Of a stretch of 64,000 nt of DNA, positions 11,771 through 22,855 are shown one piece after another. Source of the stretch: Octopus sinensis (Eukaryota); the NCBI RefSeq assembly GCF_006345805.1, contig NC_043001.1:33542001-33606000 (forward strand), read 5' to 3'. The translations under genes were made by a program, and so were the position numbers. Numbering within the stretch: the stretch's first letter is position 1; every line of letters begins with the position of its first letter. A model generated the notes under the pieces. The model made no database searches, was not told the origin of the DNA, and saw nothing but the letters and a program-made list of their open reading frames with translations.

Positions 11771-12277
11771 TACATGTCATACTTTTGTTTTTTTACTTAC
11801 CTAACTTATGAACTGAAAAATGTCATTCATCATTCAAGAAATATATTTTTGCTTTTATTATTTTATTTCTATATTATTCCTTTATATTTGAATAGAGATA
11901 TGCAACAAGTGAATGACAGAAATCAATAAAGTTTCGTCAGAAAATACTTTGTGTCATTTGGTTATGTCCCTTTATGATAAAACTTCAAACCCAGTCAAGA
12001 TCCAATTGGCTTCCCGTCATTCATCAATAGAATTAGTAGCAATGAATAAAATAAGCATATATAAGCAATGAAATATACAGCTAAATCCATAAAGTGATGA
12101 GCATTAACTTAGCTACTACTACTAATCATTAGATTTCAGCATGTTGTTACTGTCTTTTTGAGTTATCTTTGCTCTTTTCTCTCTCCATTTTTTCCCTACA
12201 TGTCTATTCTTTCTGCAGAAGAGCATATGCTCAAAATGTAAAAGACTTCTAATTTTTCCTGAGTGTAAACGTGTTTA

Positions 12278-12686
12278 TTCTTTTATTTGTTTCAGTTATC
12301 TTGACTGCGGCCATGCTGGAACACCGCTTTTAGTTGGACAAATCGACCCCATGGGTTTATTCTTTGTAAGCCTAGTACTTATTCTATCAGTCTCTTTTGC
12401 CAAATTGCTAAGTTACAGCGACATAAACACACCAACATCAGTTGTCAAGTGATGGTGGGGTGACAAACAGACACACGAACATACACACACACACAAACAG
12501 ATACACTCACACACACACACATATATACAACGTGCTTCTTTCAGTTTCCATCAACCAAATCCATTCACAAAGCTTTAGTCAGCCCAAGGCTATAGTAGAA
12601 GACACTTATCCAAGGTGCCATGCAATGGGACTGAACCCAGAACCATGTGGTTGATAATCAGGCTACTTACCACACAGCCACTCCTG
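12278..12686 (-). mobile_element. SINE-B full length
   Basis: Collinear with the other SINE-B copies. Confidence 0.9.
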
Positions 12687-13092
12687 TTTATTTTTTGATC
12701 TCATCTTCATGTTGTTCTTTTCCATTCTCATACCATATTATTAGATTTCCCGAGAGATTTATTTCAAAGAGCTATGTATGTTTAGTAGAATGCTCTCAGT
12801 GTAAAATATATTAATATTGTAATGTATAGATATTCAATATATATGCGAGAGATATGTTAACAAAAATTGGGACATTATCTGAATGAGGTCTCAGTAGAAA
12901 TTATAGAGTTAATTAAGCCTTTTATCTTTTACACTCTTTCAGTCATTGGACTCTGGTTATGCTGGGGCACAACTTTTAAGGGTTTAAGTACTTATTCTGT
13001 TGACCTCTTTTACCAAAGTTGCTTGGTTACACTGACATATACAAACCAACACTGGTTGTCTGGTGGTGGGGAGAAATGTACACACACACACA

Positions 13093-13179
13093 CATCATCA
13101 TCATCATCATCATAATCTTCTTCCTCCTCCTCCTCATCATCATCATTGCCATCATCATTGCCATCATCATCATCATCAA

Positions 13180-13237
<58 letters not shown>

Positions 13238-13248
13238 TTCATCATCAT
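13093..13248. repeat. (CAT)n expanded RTE tail
   Basis: Seen directly; abuts the RTE 3' end. Confidence 0.9.
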
Positions 13249-13600
13249 TTAACATCCATTTTCCATGCTGGCATGGGTTAGACGGTTTGTTTGGAACTAG
13301 TATACCAGAGAACTGCACCAGGTTTCAGTCTGATTTGGCTTGGTTTCTGCAGCTGGATGCCCTTCTTAGTGCTAACCACTCCAAGAGTGTAATGGGTGTT
13401 TTTTACATTGGCATGGGTACTGCCCGCATAATACCAGCAACAGCCACAGTTATGCTTTCACAGATGCCATTTATATGACGCTGGCAACAGCCATGACTAC
13501 AATTTCATGTGGCTTGATGAGTCTTCTCAAGTACTGTGTATTGTCAAAGGTTTCAATCATTTGTCATCACCTATGTGAGGCCCAACATTGGAAGATTACA
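13245..13600 (-). mobile_element. 5'-truncated RTE LINE (3'UTR + ORF end)
   Basis: CAGCTGGATGCCCTTC motif; 13510-13600 resembles 45810-45910 of the longer RTE. Confidence 0.8.
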
Positions 13601-13629
13601 CTTCACCACTTCCTTGCCTCCATGGGGAC

Positions 13630-13701
13630 TAGGACACACACACACTCATGCACACATACACACACACACACACATGCACGCATGCACACACATACACACA
13701 C

Positions 13702-13773
<72 letters not shown>

Positions 13774-13780
13774 ACACATA
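13630..13780. repeat. (CA)n
   Basis: Seen directly. Confidence 0.95.
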
Positions 13781-14099
13781 TATGTTTGCATTTTAGGAGA
13801 TTTCTGTTGACCTTTTGGGAACTGCCAGAAGTTGATGGCTAACAGGAGAGGAAGGTAGTCCCCTGTTGTTTACCCTTATAGCTGATCAATGGCAGCACGA
13901 CCGGAAGTCAGTAGCCATTAGCAAAGGGAGATAATCCAGACTTTCCCCTCCATATTTTAAAGAGGTCATTGGCCAACAGGTCTGAAAATACACCATTAAG
14001 TTAAACCTTTTATGGACAGGAAACATAGGTTAACCCCATAAACCAGCCTTCATCAAGGAAATAACACACATATACACACACACACACATATATATATAT

Positions 14100-14262
14100 A
14101 TACAAAGGGCTTCCACACAGTTCCTATATACTAGATTCATTCACAATATATTGTTCAAGATGGGGCTATAGTAGAAGACACTTGCTCAAGATGCTGTGCA
14201 ATGGAATTGAACCCAAAACCTTGAAGCTGCAAAACATGCTTCCTTAACCACAAAGCCATTCC
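14100..14262 (-). mobile_element. SINE-B 5' half (diverged)
   Basis: GGCTATAGTAGAAGACACTTGCTCAAG. Confidence 0.75.
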
Positions 14263-14629
14263 TTGTCCCTATTTATTTATATTTTAATTTTTATAATTCA
14301 TATAAAGATAAATGAATATAAAAACACAAAAGGTTATATATTACAGAATGACAATTTGCTGATCAACAGAGAATGGGTGAAGCAAATGCAATAGTTAGAT
14401 ATGTACTGTGTCATCCTGAAACCTCTATTTTCTTTATATTTTCATCAAACCCACAAGGATTTTAAAGGGCAAGTGATTAAGCAGATGAGGGATAAATATA
14501 TTCCTGGATAAGATACTAGTCTATCACAAGAAACATTCCCCATATGATATGGTATGTGTTCCTCAATGGATAAGTGAAATGAGGTAAATAGAACTAGTGT
14601 ACTATTTGAATACAAACTGGGCAACCAAA

Positions 14630-14830
14630 AAAGGGAAAATTTTTGTAATCACTCAACCTGCTAGAAATAATAACAAAATCTCCCTGAATTAATTCCCTAC
14701 TATCATTGAAAAAAAAAAGTAAAATGAAGGCTAATTGGATAAAGTAGTCGAAAATATATCATATATATAAAACCAAATGGAATGGTCATGGGTTCAATGT
14801 CTTTAATCATAGATCTGCTTGATCAGGGAA
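14630..14830 (+). mobile_element. old dispersed repeat (SINE-like)
   Basis: CAACCTGCTAGAAATA...GGAATGGTCATGG...GATCTGCTTGATCAGG; related segments near 9610, 16190, 18590 and 39310. Confidence 0.5.
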
Positions 14831-14989
14831 GGGGTAGGAATGGCTAAAAACAATGGAAAGACTTACAGTGGAATTGAATTTAAGAATCACATACTTGTCG
14901 GCTGTTTTATACTCTAATTATTCAAAGGAATCACTTGTATATCAAAACGTATTTATGTATGCGAATTTATATTTATAATATCATATTTA

Positions 14990-15240
14990 TAATCTGTTGT
15001 GTCTGGGGAGAGTCATTTTCTTTTTGTGCCTTATAATGTTTTGAGAACTAATGAAAAGGTTGCAAGACACAACGAAAATTTTAGGAAAATAAAAATAATA
15101 AAAAAGTGGAAATTTTACCAGTGAGTGTGTTACATTATAAAGCACAAAAAGAAAATTACTCTCCCCAGACACAACAGAATATGCTTCAACACACGAACTC
15201 ATATAAAGAATCTTGCAAACCAAATCCCAAAACATCATAT
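14990..15240. mobile_element. fold-back element with one decayed hammerhead-like motif
   Basis: Arms 14993-15040 and 15130-15182 are inverted repeats; CTA-ATGAAAA-G-GTTGC-AAGAC-ACAAC-GAAAATTT-TAG at 15048-15084. Confidence 0.65.
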
Positions 15241-15269
15241 TTATAATATAATGTTATAAATACATAAAT

Positions 15270-15490
15270 GTGTGTGTGTGTGTGTCTGTTTTTGTCTCCC
15301 CAACATTGCTTGACAACCAATGCTGGTGTGTTTACATCTCTGTAACTTAGCGGTTCAGCAAAAAAGAAACCGATAGAATAAGTACTAGGCTTACAAAGAA
15401 TAAGTCCTGAGGTTGATTGGCTCGACTAAAGTCAGTGCTCTGGCATGGCCACAGACAAATGACTGAAACAAGTAAAAGAATAAAAGATTA
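15270..15490 (+). mobile_element. SINE-B 3' half
   Basis: CCCAACATTGCTTGACAACC...GACTGAAACAAGTAAAAG. Confidence 0.85.
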
Positions 15491-15594
15491 AAGCAAAATG
15501 ATCAAGATATAGTTTCTGTTTGACCGAATGTCAACCCTGATTAAGCAGACCAATGATCAATGAGAGTCTGTCAGTGACCATCACATCTTATTAA

Positions 15595-15813
15595 CCCTTT
15601 TGTTACCAAGCTAGCTGAAACCAGTTCTGGCTCTGAGTACAAATGTCTTGTTTTCATAAGTCTTGAATTAAAATCTTCCACCAAACCTTTGTCACAATTT
15701 ATGTTCTTAACAATAGCTTAATGATAACTAAGTTATTTTACTAAATTTTTGTTATATTTAGAGTAATTGAAAGAAACACAGAGCATCTCAAAATAAATGC
15801 AGTAATGAAAGGG
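15595..15813. mobile_element. TTAA-flanked MITE (piggyBac-like)
   Basis: TTAA|CCCTTTTGTTAC ... GTAATGAAAGGG|TTAA; TSD at 15591-15594 and 15814-15817. Confidence 0.8.
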
Positions 15814-15872
15814 TTAAAGGTGTATCTGTGACAAACCTTATATTTAATATCACTTTTCCCTATTTAAAATGA

Positions 15873-16174
15873 GTGGAGGCACATGGCCTAGTGGTTAGAG
15901 CAGAAGACTCGCGGTTGAGGGATTGCGAGTTCGAATCTCAGACCGGGTGATGTGTGTGTTTATGAGCAAAACACCTAAACTCCATGTGGCTCTGGCAGAA
16001 GGTAATGGCGAACTTCTGCTGACTCTTTTGCCACAACTTTCTCTCACTCTTTCCTCCTGCATCTTGCAGCTCACCTGTGACGGACCGGCATCCCGTCCAG
16101 GTGGGGAACCTATACACTAAGGGAACCGGGAAACTGGCCCTTATGAGCCAGGCGTGGCTCGAGAAGGAACAAAC
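15873..16174 (+). mobile_element. SINE-D (tRNA-derived) with 11-bp TSD
   Basis: A box TGGCCTAGTGG, B box GAGTTCGAATC, AAAC tail; TSD ATTTAAAATGA at 15862 and 16175. Confidence 0.9.
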
Positions 16175-16527
16175 ATTTAAAATGACAGTGTGAGATTTGA
16201 GGGAGGTTTAGTTACTATAGAGACTTCTTCATAGGATTGTAAATTAATCAGAGCGGGCATAAATGTGAGAACAGCAAGCTGGTGAGAAAGAGACCTCAGA
16301 GCAAGTGTGAGAATGAACTCAGTAAAAAATCTAAGTTTTCCTGAAACAGGTAAAATTAATGATATAATAGAATGTTATAGATTGCTACTCAATTATATCT
16401 AATATAAACAAACAAGGTGTTAAAAATGTGGAATGAATTACTGCTACTTGTTTTAATGAATATTAGATTATTTACCTCAGCAACTTTAGATTTGCAATCT
16501 CATCAAACTGTAATGATTGAACTTTAT

Positions 16528-16940
16528 ATCTCTTTACTCTTTACTCTTTTACTTGTTTCAGTCATTTGACTGTGGCCATGCTGGAGCACTGCCTTTAATC
16601 GTGCAACTTGACCCTGGGACTTATTCTTTGTAAGCCCAGTACTTATTCTATCGGTCTCTTTTGCCGAACCACTAAGTGACAGGGACATAAACACACCAGC
16701 ATCGGTTGTCAAGCAATGCTAGGGGGACAAACACAGACACACAAACACACACACATATACATATATATACATATATACGACGGGCTTCTTTCAGTTTCTG
16801 TCTACCAAATCCACTCACAAGGCTTTGGTCGGCCCGAGGCTATAGTAGAAGACACTTGCCCAAGGTGCCATGCAGTGGGACTGAACCCGGAACCATGTGG
16901 TTGGTAAACAAGCTACTTACCACACAGCCACTCCTGCGCC
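16528..16940 (-). mobile_element. SINE-B full length, little diverged
   Basis: Collinear with the other SINE-B copies. Confidence 0.92.
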
Positions 16941-17100
16941 TATCATTCAACATTGTAAAGATCAAATGATTTCATCATCTGCTATGATAATACTGTTGTG
17001 TATTTCTCTGTCGCAACATATGAATGAGAAAGGAAGGGGTGATAGATGAATAAGGAAGGAAGGAGTAGAGGCAAATTTGGTAAGTGGAATGATGGAAGTT

Positions 17101-17320
17101 CTACAGTAGAAAAAAAGAAAAAATCAAACAGTGTTTCAACTTTATGTGAGTGTATGTGTGTGTATGTAAAAGGGTGTCATGTGAATGTTTGTGTGTGTGT
17201 GTGTGTGTGTGTGTGCAATGGAAGTGGGATGGCGAACATTCAACACTGAAAAGAAAAGTCAAACAGCATTTCAACTCTGTGTGAGTGTATGTGTGTGTAT
17301 GTAAAAGGGTGTCATGTGAA

Positions 17321-17357
<37 letters not shown>

Positions 17358-17445
17358 AATGGAAGTGGGACAGTGAACATTCAACACTAAAAAGAAAAAT
17401 CAAATAGCATTTCAACTTTGTGTGAGTGTATGTATGTGTGTACAC
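17101..17445. repeat. ~120-bp tandem repeat, about 3 units
   Basis: CAAACAGCATTTCAACT...(GT)n CAATGGAAGTGGGA...CATTCAACACT repeated. Confidence 0.85.
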
Positions 17446-18487
17446 GGAAAATATGCAAATGTTTGCATCTGATTATTTTGAACCTTATCTCTTATTATAA
17501 AAGGCAGATTTTATCTGCCTCCCTTTGGGAGTTATACAAATCTACAATATAGGATTTCTTCAATTACAATTTACCTTGCATTTTTAAGAGTACAATGCAT
17601 CGCGTCATGCCAGGTCCAGTTTTTAAAATTTAAACTCCAATTAAGCAAAATTTACAGAAAACTCACATTCTGGTGTGTGTGTCAAATGCTTTTCTTAGTC
17701 TGGTTTACAGCACACGCAAACGCACACACACAGTGGGCAACGAATAAAATGAAAGTAATTGACTTACTGTAGTGAGTGATTCTTTCACTCTGCCTCCCAC
17801 TTCCTCTTTCAACACATAGACACGCAAATATATAAATAAAATTGTAAGCTAACGTGCGTGTGTGTGAGTGGGTGTGTGTGGGTGTGCGCGTGTGTGTATG
17901 TGTGAGGGTGTGTGTGTGTGTGTGTGGTGTGTGTGCAATGGAAGTGGGACAGTGAACATTCAACACTAAAAAGAAAAAATCAAATAGCATTTCAACTTTG
18001 TGTGAGTGTATGTATGTGTGTACACGGAAAATATGCAAATGTTTGCATCTGATTATTTTGAACCTTATCTCTTATTATAAAAGGCAGATTTTATCTGCCT
18101 CCCTTTGGGAGTTATACAAATCTACAATATAGGATTTCTTCAATTACAATTTACCTTGCATTTTTAAGAGTACAATGCATCGCGTCATGCCAGGTCCAGT
18201 TTTTAAAATTTAAACTCCAATTAAGCAAAATTTACAGAAAACTCACATTCTGGTGTGTGTGTCAAATGCTTTTCTTAGTCTGGTTTACAGCACACGCAAA
18301 CGCACACACACAGTGGGCAACGAATAAAATGAAAGTAATTGACTTACTGTAGTGAGTGATTCTTTCACTCTGCCTCCCACTTCCTCTTTCAACACATAGA
18401 CACGCAAATATATAAATAAAATTGTAAGCTAACGTGCGTGTGTGTGAGTGGGTGTGTGTGGGTGTGCGCGTGTGTGTATGTGTGAGG

Positions 18488-18515
<28 letters not shown>
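17357..18515. repeat. near-identical ~580-bp tandem duplication
   Basis: e.g. AACCTTATCT at 17481 and 18061. Confidence 0.9.
17485..17850 (+). mobile_element. Helitron-like 5' fragment (repeated at about 18065-18430)
   Basis: A|TCTCTTATTATAAAAGG start with GGCAGA-TTTTA-TCTGCC hairpin; no 3' CTAG end found. Confidence 0.4.
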
Positions 18516-18519
<4 letters not shown>

Positions 18520-18579
18520 GCGTGAGTGTGTGACAGGAAAGTTTTTTACGACGAATATAACACCTATATCCAAGTAGCA

Positions 18580-19075
18580 GAAAGATAAGACAGTAAGGTG
18601 TGATTTGAGGGAGATTTGGCTGCTATTTCTACCATGTCTAGCTGCCATGTAGGGGTCTCCCTCATAGGCTCATACATACATATATACATAGATAAGACAG
18701 TAAGGTGTGATTTGGGGGAAATTTGGCTGCTATTTCTACCAGGTCTAGCTGCCATGTAGGGGTCTCCCTCATAGGCTCATACATACATATATACATAGAT
18801 AAGACAGTAAGGTGTGATTTGGGGGAAATTTGGCTGCTATTTCTACCAGGTCTAGCTGCCATGTAGGGGTCTCCCTCATAGGCTCATACATACATATATA
18901 CATAGATAAGACAGTAAGGTGTGATTTGGGGGAAATTTGGCTGCTATTTCTACCAGGTCTAGCTACCATGTAGAGGTCCCTCTCATTGGCTCATATATAT
19001 ATACATACATAAGACAGTAAGGTGTGATTTGAGGGAGATTTGGCTGCTGTTTCTACCAGGTCTGTTAGGCCTTCT
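18580..19075. repeat. 107-bp tandem array, about 4.5 units
   Basis: ATAAGACAGTAAGGTGTGATTTG...CATACATATATACATAG units. Confidence 0.92.
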
Positions 19076-19134
19076 CATGTAAACTCAAGCTTTCTCATGC
19101 CTTGAACATAAGACCAAAGCAGAGAATGTATTCT

Positions 19135-19335
19135 TTTATTCTTCTGCTTTTTCCAGCCATTGGTCTGTGGCCATGCTGGGGCAATGCCTTGAAGAATTGT
19201 AGTTTAATGAATCAACTCCAGTTTTATTTTTGTAAGCATTGTACTTATTCTATCTGTTTCCTTTGTCAAACCACTAGGTGACAGGGATGTAAACAACCAA
19301 CATTCGTTGTCAAGCAGTGGTGGAGGACAATCACA
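19135..19335 (-). mobile_element. SINE-B 3' half (diverged)
   Basis: GTGGCCATGCTGG...GTACTTATTCTATC...GTTGTCAAGC. Confidence 0.7.
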
Positions 19336-19423
19336 AGCACAGACACGCACACACACATACATGCATACACATATACACACATACATACATACATACATAT
19401 ATATATATGTGTGTATATATATA

Positions 19424-19681
19424 TTGCAGCCTGGAAGGTGTTTCTAAGCCATTTAAGAAACACACAAAAACCGTTACATTCACTTCAACATTTAAATTTA
19501 ATTTGCCAAAATATTTTCGTCGCTTTGAGACCGCGACCTGTTCACTGACAAAAATATCGTGCTAACAGGTCGCGGTCTCAAAGCGACGAAAATATTTTGA
19601 CAAATTAATTTAAATGTTGAAGTGAATCTAACGGTTTTTGTGTGTTTCTTAAATGGCTTATAAACACCTTCAACGCTGCAA
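19424..19681. mobile_element. near-perfect ~260-bp fold-back element
   Basis: Arms about 19424-19541 and 19564-19681 are reverse complements. Confidence 0.9.
19502..19552 (-). ncRNA. minimal type I hammerhead ribozyme motif, G3-C8 core variant
   Basis: UUUGUCA|GUGAACA|G|GUCGC-ggucucaaa-GCGAC|GAAAAUAUUU|UGGCAAA: 7-bp stem I, 5-bp stem II, palindromic stem III. Confidence 0.7.
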
Positions 19682-19843
19682 CTGTTTTCGTTCCAGCACA
19701 CGATCTCAGATCAAGTCACTTGCTATGCAAGTACATCTCTGTAACTATATATATATTTATATATATATATATATGTATATTGGTAAAAACAGTAAGATAA
19801 CAAAAGAAAGAAAGAGACCTCAATATTATGTAAATAGAGGAAA

Positions 19844-20236
19844 TCTTTATATATAAAAGTGAGGTGTGTGTCTGTCTCCTACGATTTAGATTCCTAACTA
19901 CTCCCACATTTTGCGGTGCAGTTTAACCAAAACCGGGTATCTTATAGTCGTGATTCATATCGAAACCGTCTGGGTATTAGCGCGCGTCTACGATGAGTCT
20001 ACGATTTAAAAAAAAATTACCATCAATTTTTCCCATTTTTAATCCATTTTTGACATATATAAGGGAAGTAACTCTCTAAAATTTATTATTAAATCTCAGA
20101 ACGTAAAAAGCTACAGTAACACCCCTCCCCCTTTGTGGTTAGCCATATTGAGATGGCTATTATACTTTACATCTCTAAAAATGCTTATATAATTATTTCC
20201 CTTACAAACCCGAGCAACGCCGGGCGATACTGCTAG
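19844..20236 (+). mobile_element. non-autonomous Helitron
   Basis: A|TC start, CCCG-AGCAACGC-CGGG subterminal hairpin, CTAG|T end, no TSD. Confidence 0.85.
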
Positions 20237-20237
20237 T

Positions 20238-20292
20238 TCATATATAAAATACTACAATTAGCCATCATTTTTGATGGCACGGGGCCAGCTAG
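20238..20292 (+). mobile_element. 55-bp mini-Helitron or second Helitron 3' end
   Basis: TCATATATAAAA start, GCCATC-ATTTTT-GATGGC hairpin, CTAG|T end. Confidence 0.5.
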
Positions 20293-20379
20293 TTGTCATT
20301 ATAAACTAGTTGTCATCATCATCATCAACATCATCATCATCGTTATCATCATTGTTGTCATCATCATCATCATTGTTGT

Positions 20380-20600
20380 CATCAACATCATTGTCATCAC
20401 CAATAATTTATCAAACAGAATCCACTGAGGCAGATTTTCTACAGCTGGATACTCTTCCTGTCACCAACTCTCAATTGTTTCCAAGTAAGTTAATATTTCC
20501 CCAAGACTAAACATGTTTTCACAGAAGGCTGAAAATGAAGACCATCATTTGTATGATGGTGATTCTTGTTCACAACTATCATGTACTGTCAAGACAAGGA
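20380..20600 (-). mobile_element. RTE-tail variant
   Basis: TTTTCTACAGCTGGATACTCTTCCTG next to a (CAT)n tract. Confidence 0.6.
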
Positions 20601-20807
20601 AACACAAACACACACACAACGCACACATACACCCCCCCATATTCACATTCATATACATACATATATACATATAGACATATATATATATATATATATATAT
20701 GTGTATGTATATGTGTATGTATGTGTGTGTGTGTATGTGTGTGTATGTGTGTGTGTGTGCTAACAATTCTGCCAAATTGCTGCCTTAATAATAATAATAA
20801 TTATAAT

Positions 20808-21024
20808 AATCCTTTCTACTAATAGCACAAAGTCTGAAATTTGGTGGGAGAGGACTAGTTGATTACATTGGCCCCCAGTATTTCACTGGTACTTAATTTA
20901 TCAACCTCAAAAGGATGAAAAGCAAAGTCAACCTCAACAGAATTTCAACTGAAAACATAGCGATGGGCAAAATACCTCTCAGCGTTTTTTCCAGAATGCC
21001 AACAATTTTGCTAGCTCGCTGCCC

Positions 21025-21060
<36 letters not shown>

Positions 21061-21290
21061 TAATAATAATAAAGGTTCCAAATTTTTCTGCAAGGGCAGC
21101 CATTTTGTGGGAGGGGATAAGTTGATTACCTCGACTCCAGTGTTTCACTGGTACTTAATTTATCGGCCCTGAAAGGATGAAAGGCAAAGTCAACCTCGGT
21201 GGAATTTGAACTCAGAATGTAGTGTCGGGCGAAATACTGCTAAGCATTTCATCCTGTGTGCTAACAATTCTGCCAGCTCACCGCCTGAAT
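20808..21290 (-). mobile_element. two tandem SINE-A copies
   Basis: Cores near 20910 and 21175 separated by (TAA)n. Confidence 0.8.
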
Positions 21291-21509
21291 TATGATAATA
21301 ATAATAATTATAATAAAAATTATAATAATAATAATAATAATAATCATGATGATGATAACAATTATGACATAAGCTTGTAAAAAGTGGTGATGACACATCG
21401 ATTTTTTCACTTTAAACCATTTGTAATAAACAATCTTAACAGATTAAAAGAGAACAAGAAGAATGCTTATTTATTTGAATGATTGTAATACGTCCTAATA
21501 ATGAATAAT

Positions 21510-21640
21510 CCTTTCTAACTTTGACACAAGGCCAGCAATCTTGAGGTGGGAGGGGAAGTCGAATGCACAGACCACAGAGAGGATGAAAGGCAAAGTCAAC
21601 CTCAGTAGTATTTGAACGCAGAACATAAAGCTGAACCGAA
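21510..21640 (-). mobile_element. SINE-A fragment
   Basis: GGATGAAAGGCAAAGTCAACCTC. Confidence 0.7.
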
Positions 21641-21772
21641 TGAGAAGTAAAGACTGCTTCTTTTTTTATATTTTGTGCTGTTAATTACTAAGTTTTGTTT
21701 TACCCATAAAAATACTAATTTCTGATAATCGTCATGAAATTCTCTTTCTTTCTTGTGGTGAATATCATCATC

Positions 21773-22020
21773 ATCATCATCATCATCGTTTAGCGTCCGC
21801 TTTCCATGCTAGCATGGGTTGGATGGTTCAACTGGGGTCTGTGAAGCCAGAAGGCTGCATCAGGCCCAGTCTGATCTGGCAGTGTTTCTACAGCTGGATG
21901 CCCTTCCTAATGCCAACCACTCCGTGAGTGTAGTGGGTGCTTTTTACGTGCCACCCGCACAGGTGCCAGACAGAGCTGACAAACATCCATGGACGGATGG
22001 TGCTTTTTACGTGCCACCGG
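21773..22020 (-). mobile_element. RTE-tail, little diverged
   Basis: (CAT)n CGTTTAGCGTCCGCTTTCCATGCTAGCATGGG...CAGCTGGATGCCCTTCC. Confidence 0.9.
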
Positions 22021-22294
22021 CGGTTCTGAATATTCCATAACAGTCTTATTTTGGTTTTGTTTTATCTTTTACTTCAAAACTTGTTTCAGTCGTTGGACAG
22101 TGGGTTTGAAGGGTTTCTTTGGACAAATCAACATTAGTACTTGTATTTATGCCTAGTGCTTGTTTTATTGGTTTTGTTTACCCTACTGCTAAGTTACAGA
22201 AATATTAACAGGCCAACACCAGTTTTGTTAGGTGGGGGACAAACACAAGCATGAAGATGCACATATGCACATATATGTCATCATTATCATCATT

Positions 22295-22545
22295 GCGTGT
22301 TGTGTTCTTGAGCAAGACACTTTATTTCACGTTGCTCCAGCTGTAGAAATGAGTTGCGATGTCACAGGTGCCAAGCTGTATCGGCCTTTGCCTTTCCCTT
22401 GGATAACACTGGTGGCGTGGAGAGGGGAGGCCGGTATGCATGGGCGACTTCTGGTCTTCCATAAACAACCTTGCCCAGACTTGTGCCTGGGAGGGTAACT
22501 TTCTAGGTGCAATCCTACGGTCAGTCATGACCGAAGGGGTTCTCA
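22295..22545 (+). mobile_element. SINE-E lacking tRNA head
   Basis: TGTGTTCTTGAGCAAGACACTTT...GACCGAAGGGG; collinear with 48578. Confidence 0.85.
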
Positions 22546-22699
22546 GCAATATGTATGTATATATATGTATATATATATATAATAATAATAATAAAAGCGT
22601 ATATATTTGGTATATATATATATAATATATATATATATGTATATATATACATATATACATGTATGTATGTACATATGTATATGTGTGTGTGTGTGTGTG

Positions 22700-22855
22700 T
22701 GTATGACAGGTTTCTTTCAGATTCTATCAACAAAACTATTTACAAAACTTTACTCAGCCCAGAGCTATAGTAAAAGATACTTGCCCAAGATACCACACAG
22801 TGGGACTGAACCTGAAATCATGTGGCTGGAAAGTAAGGTCCTTACCACACACCCA
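22700..22855 (-). mobile_element. SINE-B 5' half
   Basis: CTTGCCCAAGATACCACACAGTGGGACTGAACC. Confidence 0.75.

Noticed and set aside
13010-13318. poly-His/poly-Asp ORFs
   Set aside because: (CAT)n tail of an RTE insertion
15873-15950. tRNA-like sequences here and at 36190, 40677, 43763 and 48578
   Set aside because: No complete cloverleaf or acceptor stem; they continue into SINE bodies, two of them with TSDs
18580-19075. CRISPR-like regular repeats
   Set aside because: Identical 107-bp units without unique spacers, in a eukaryotic context
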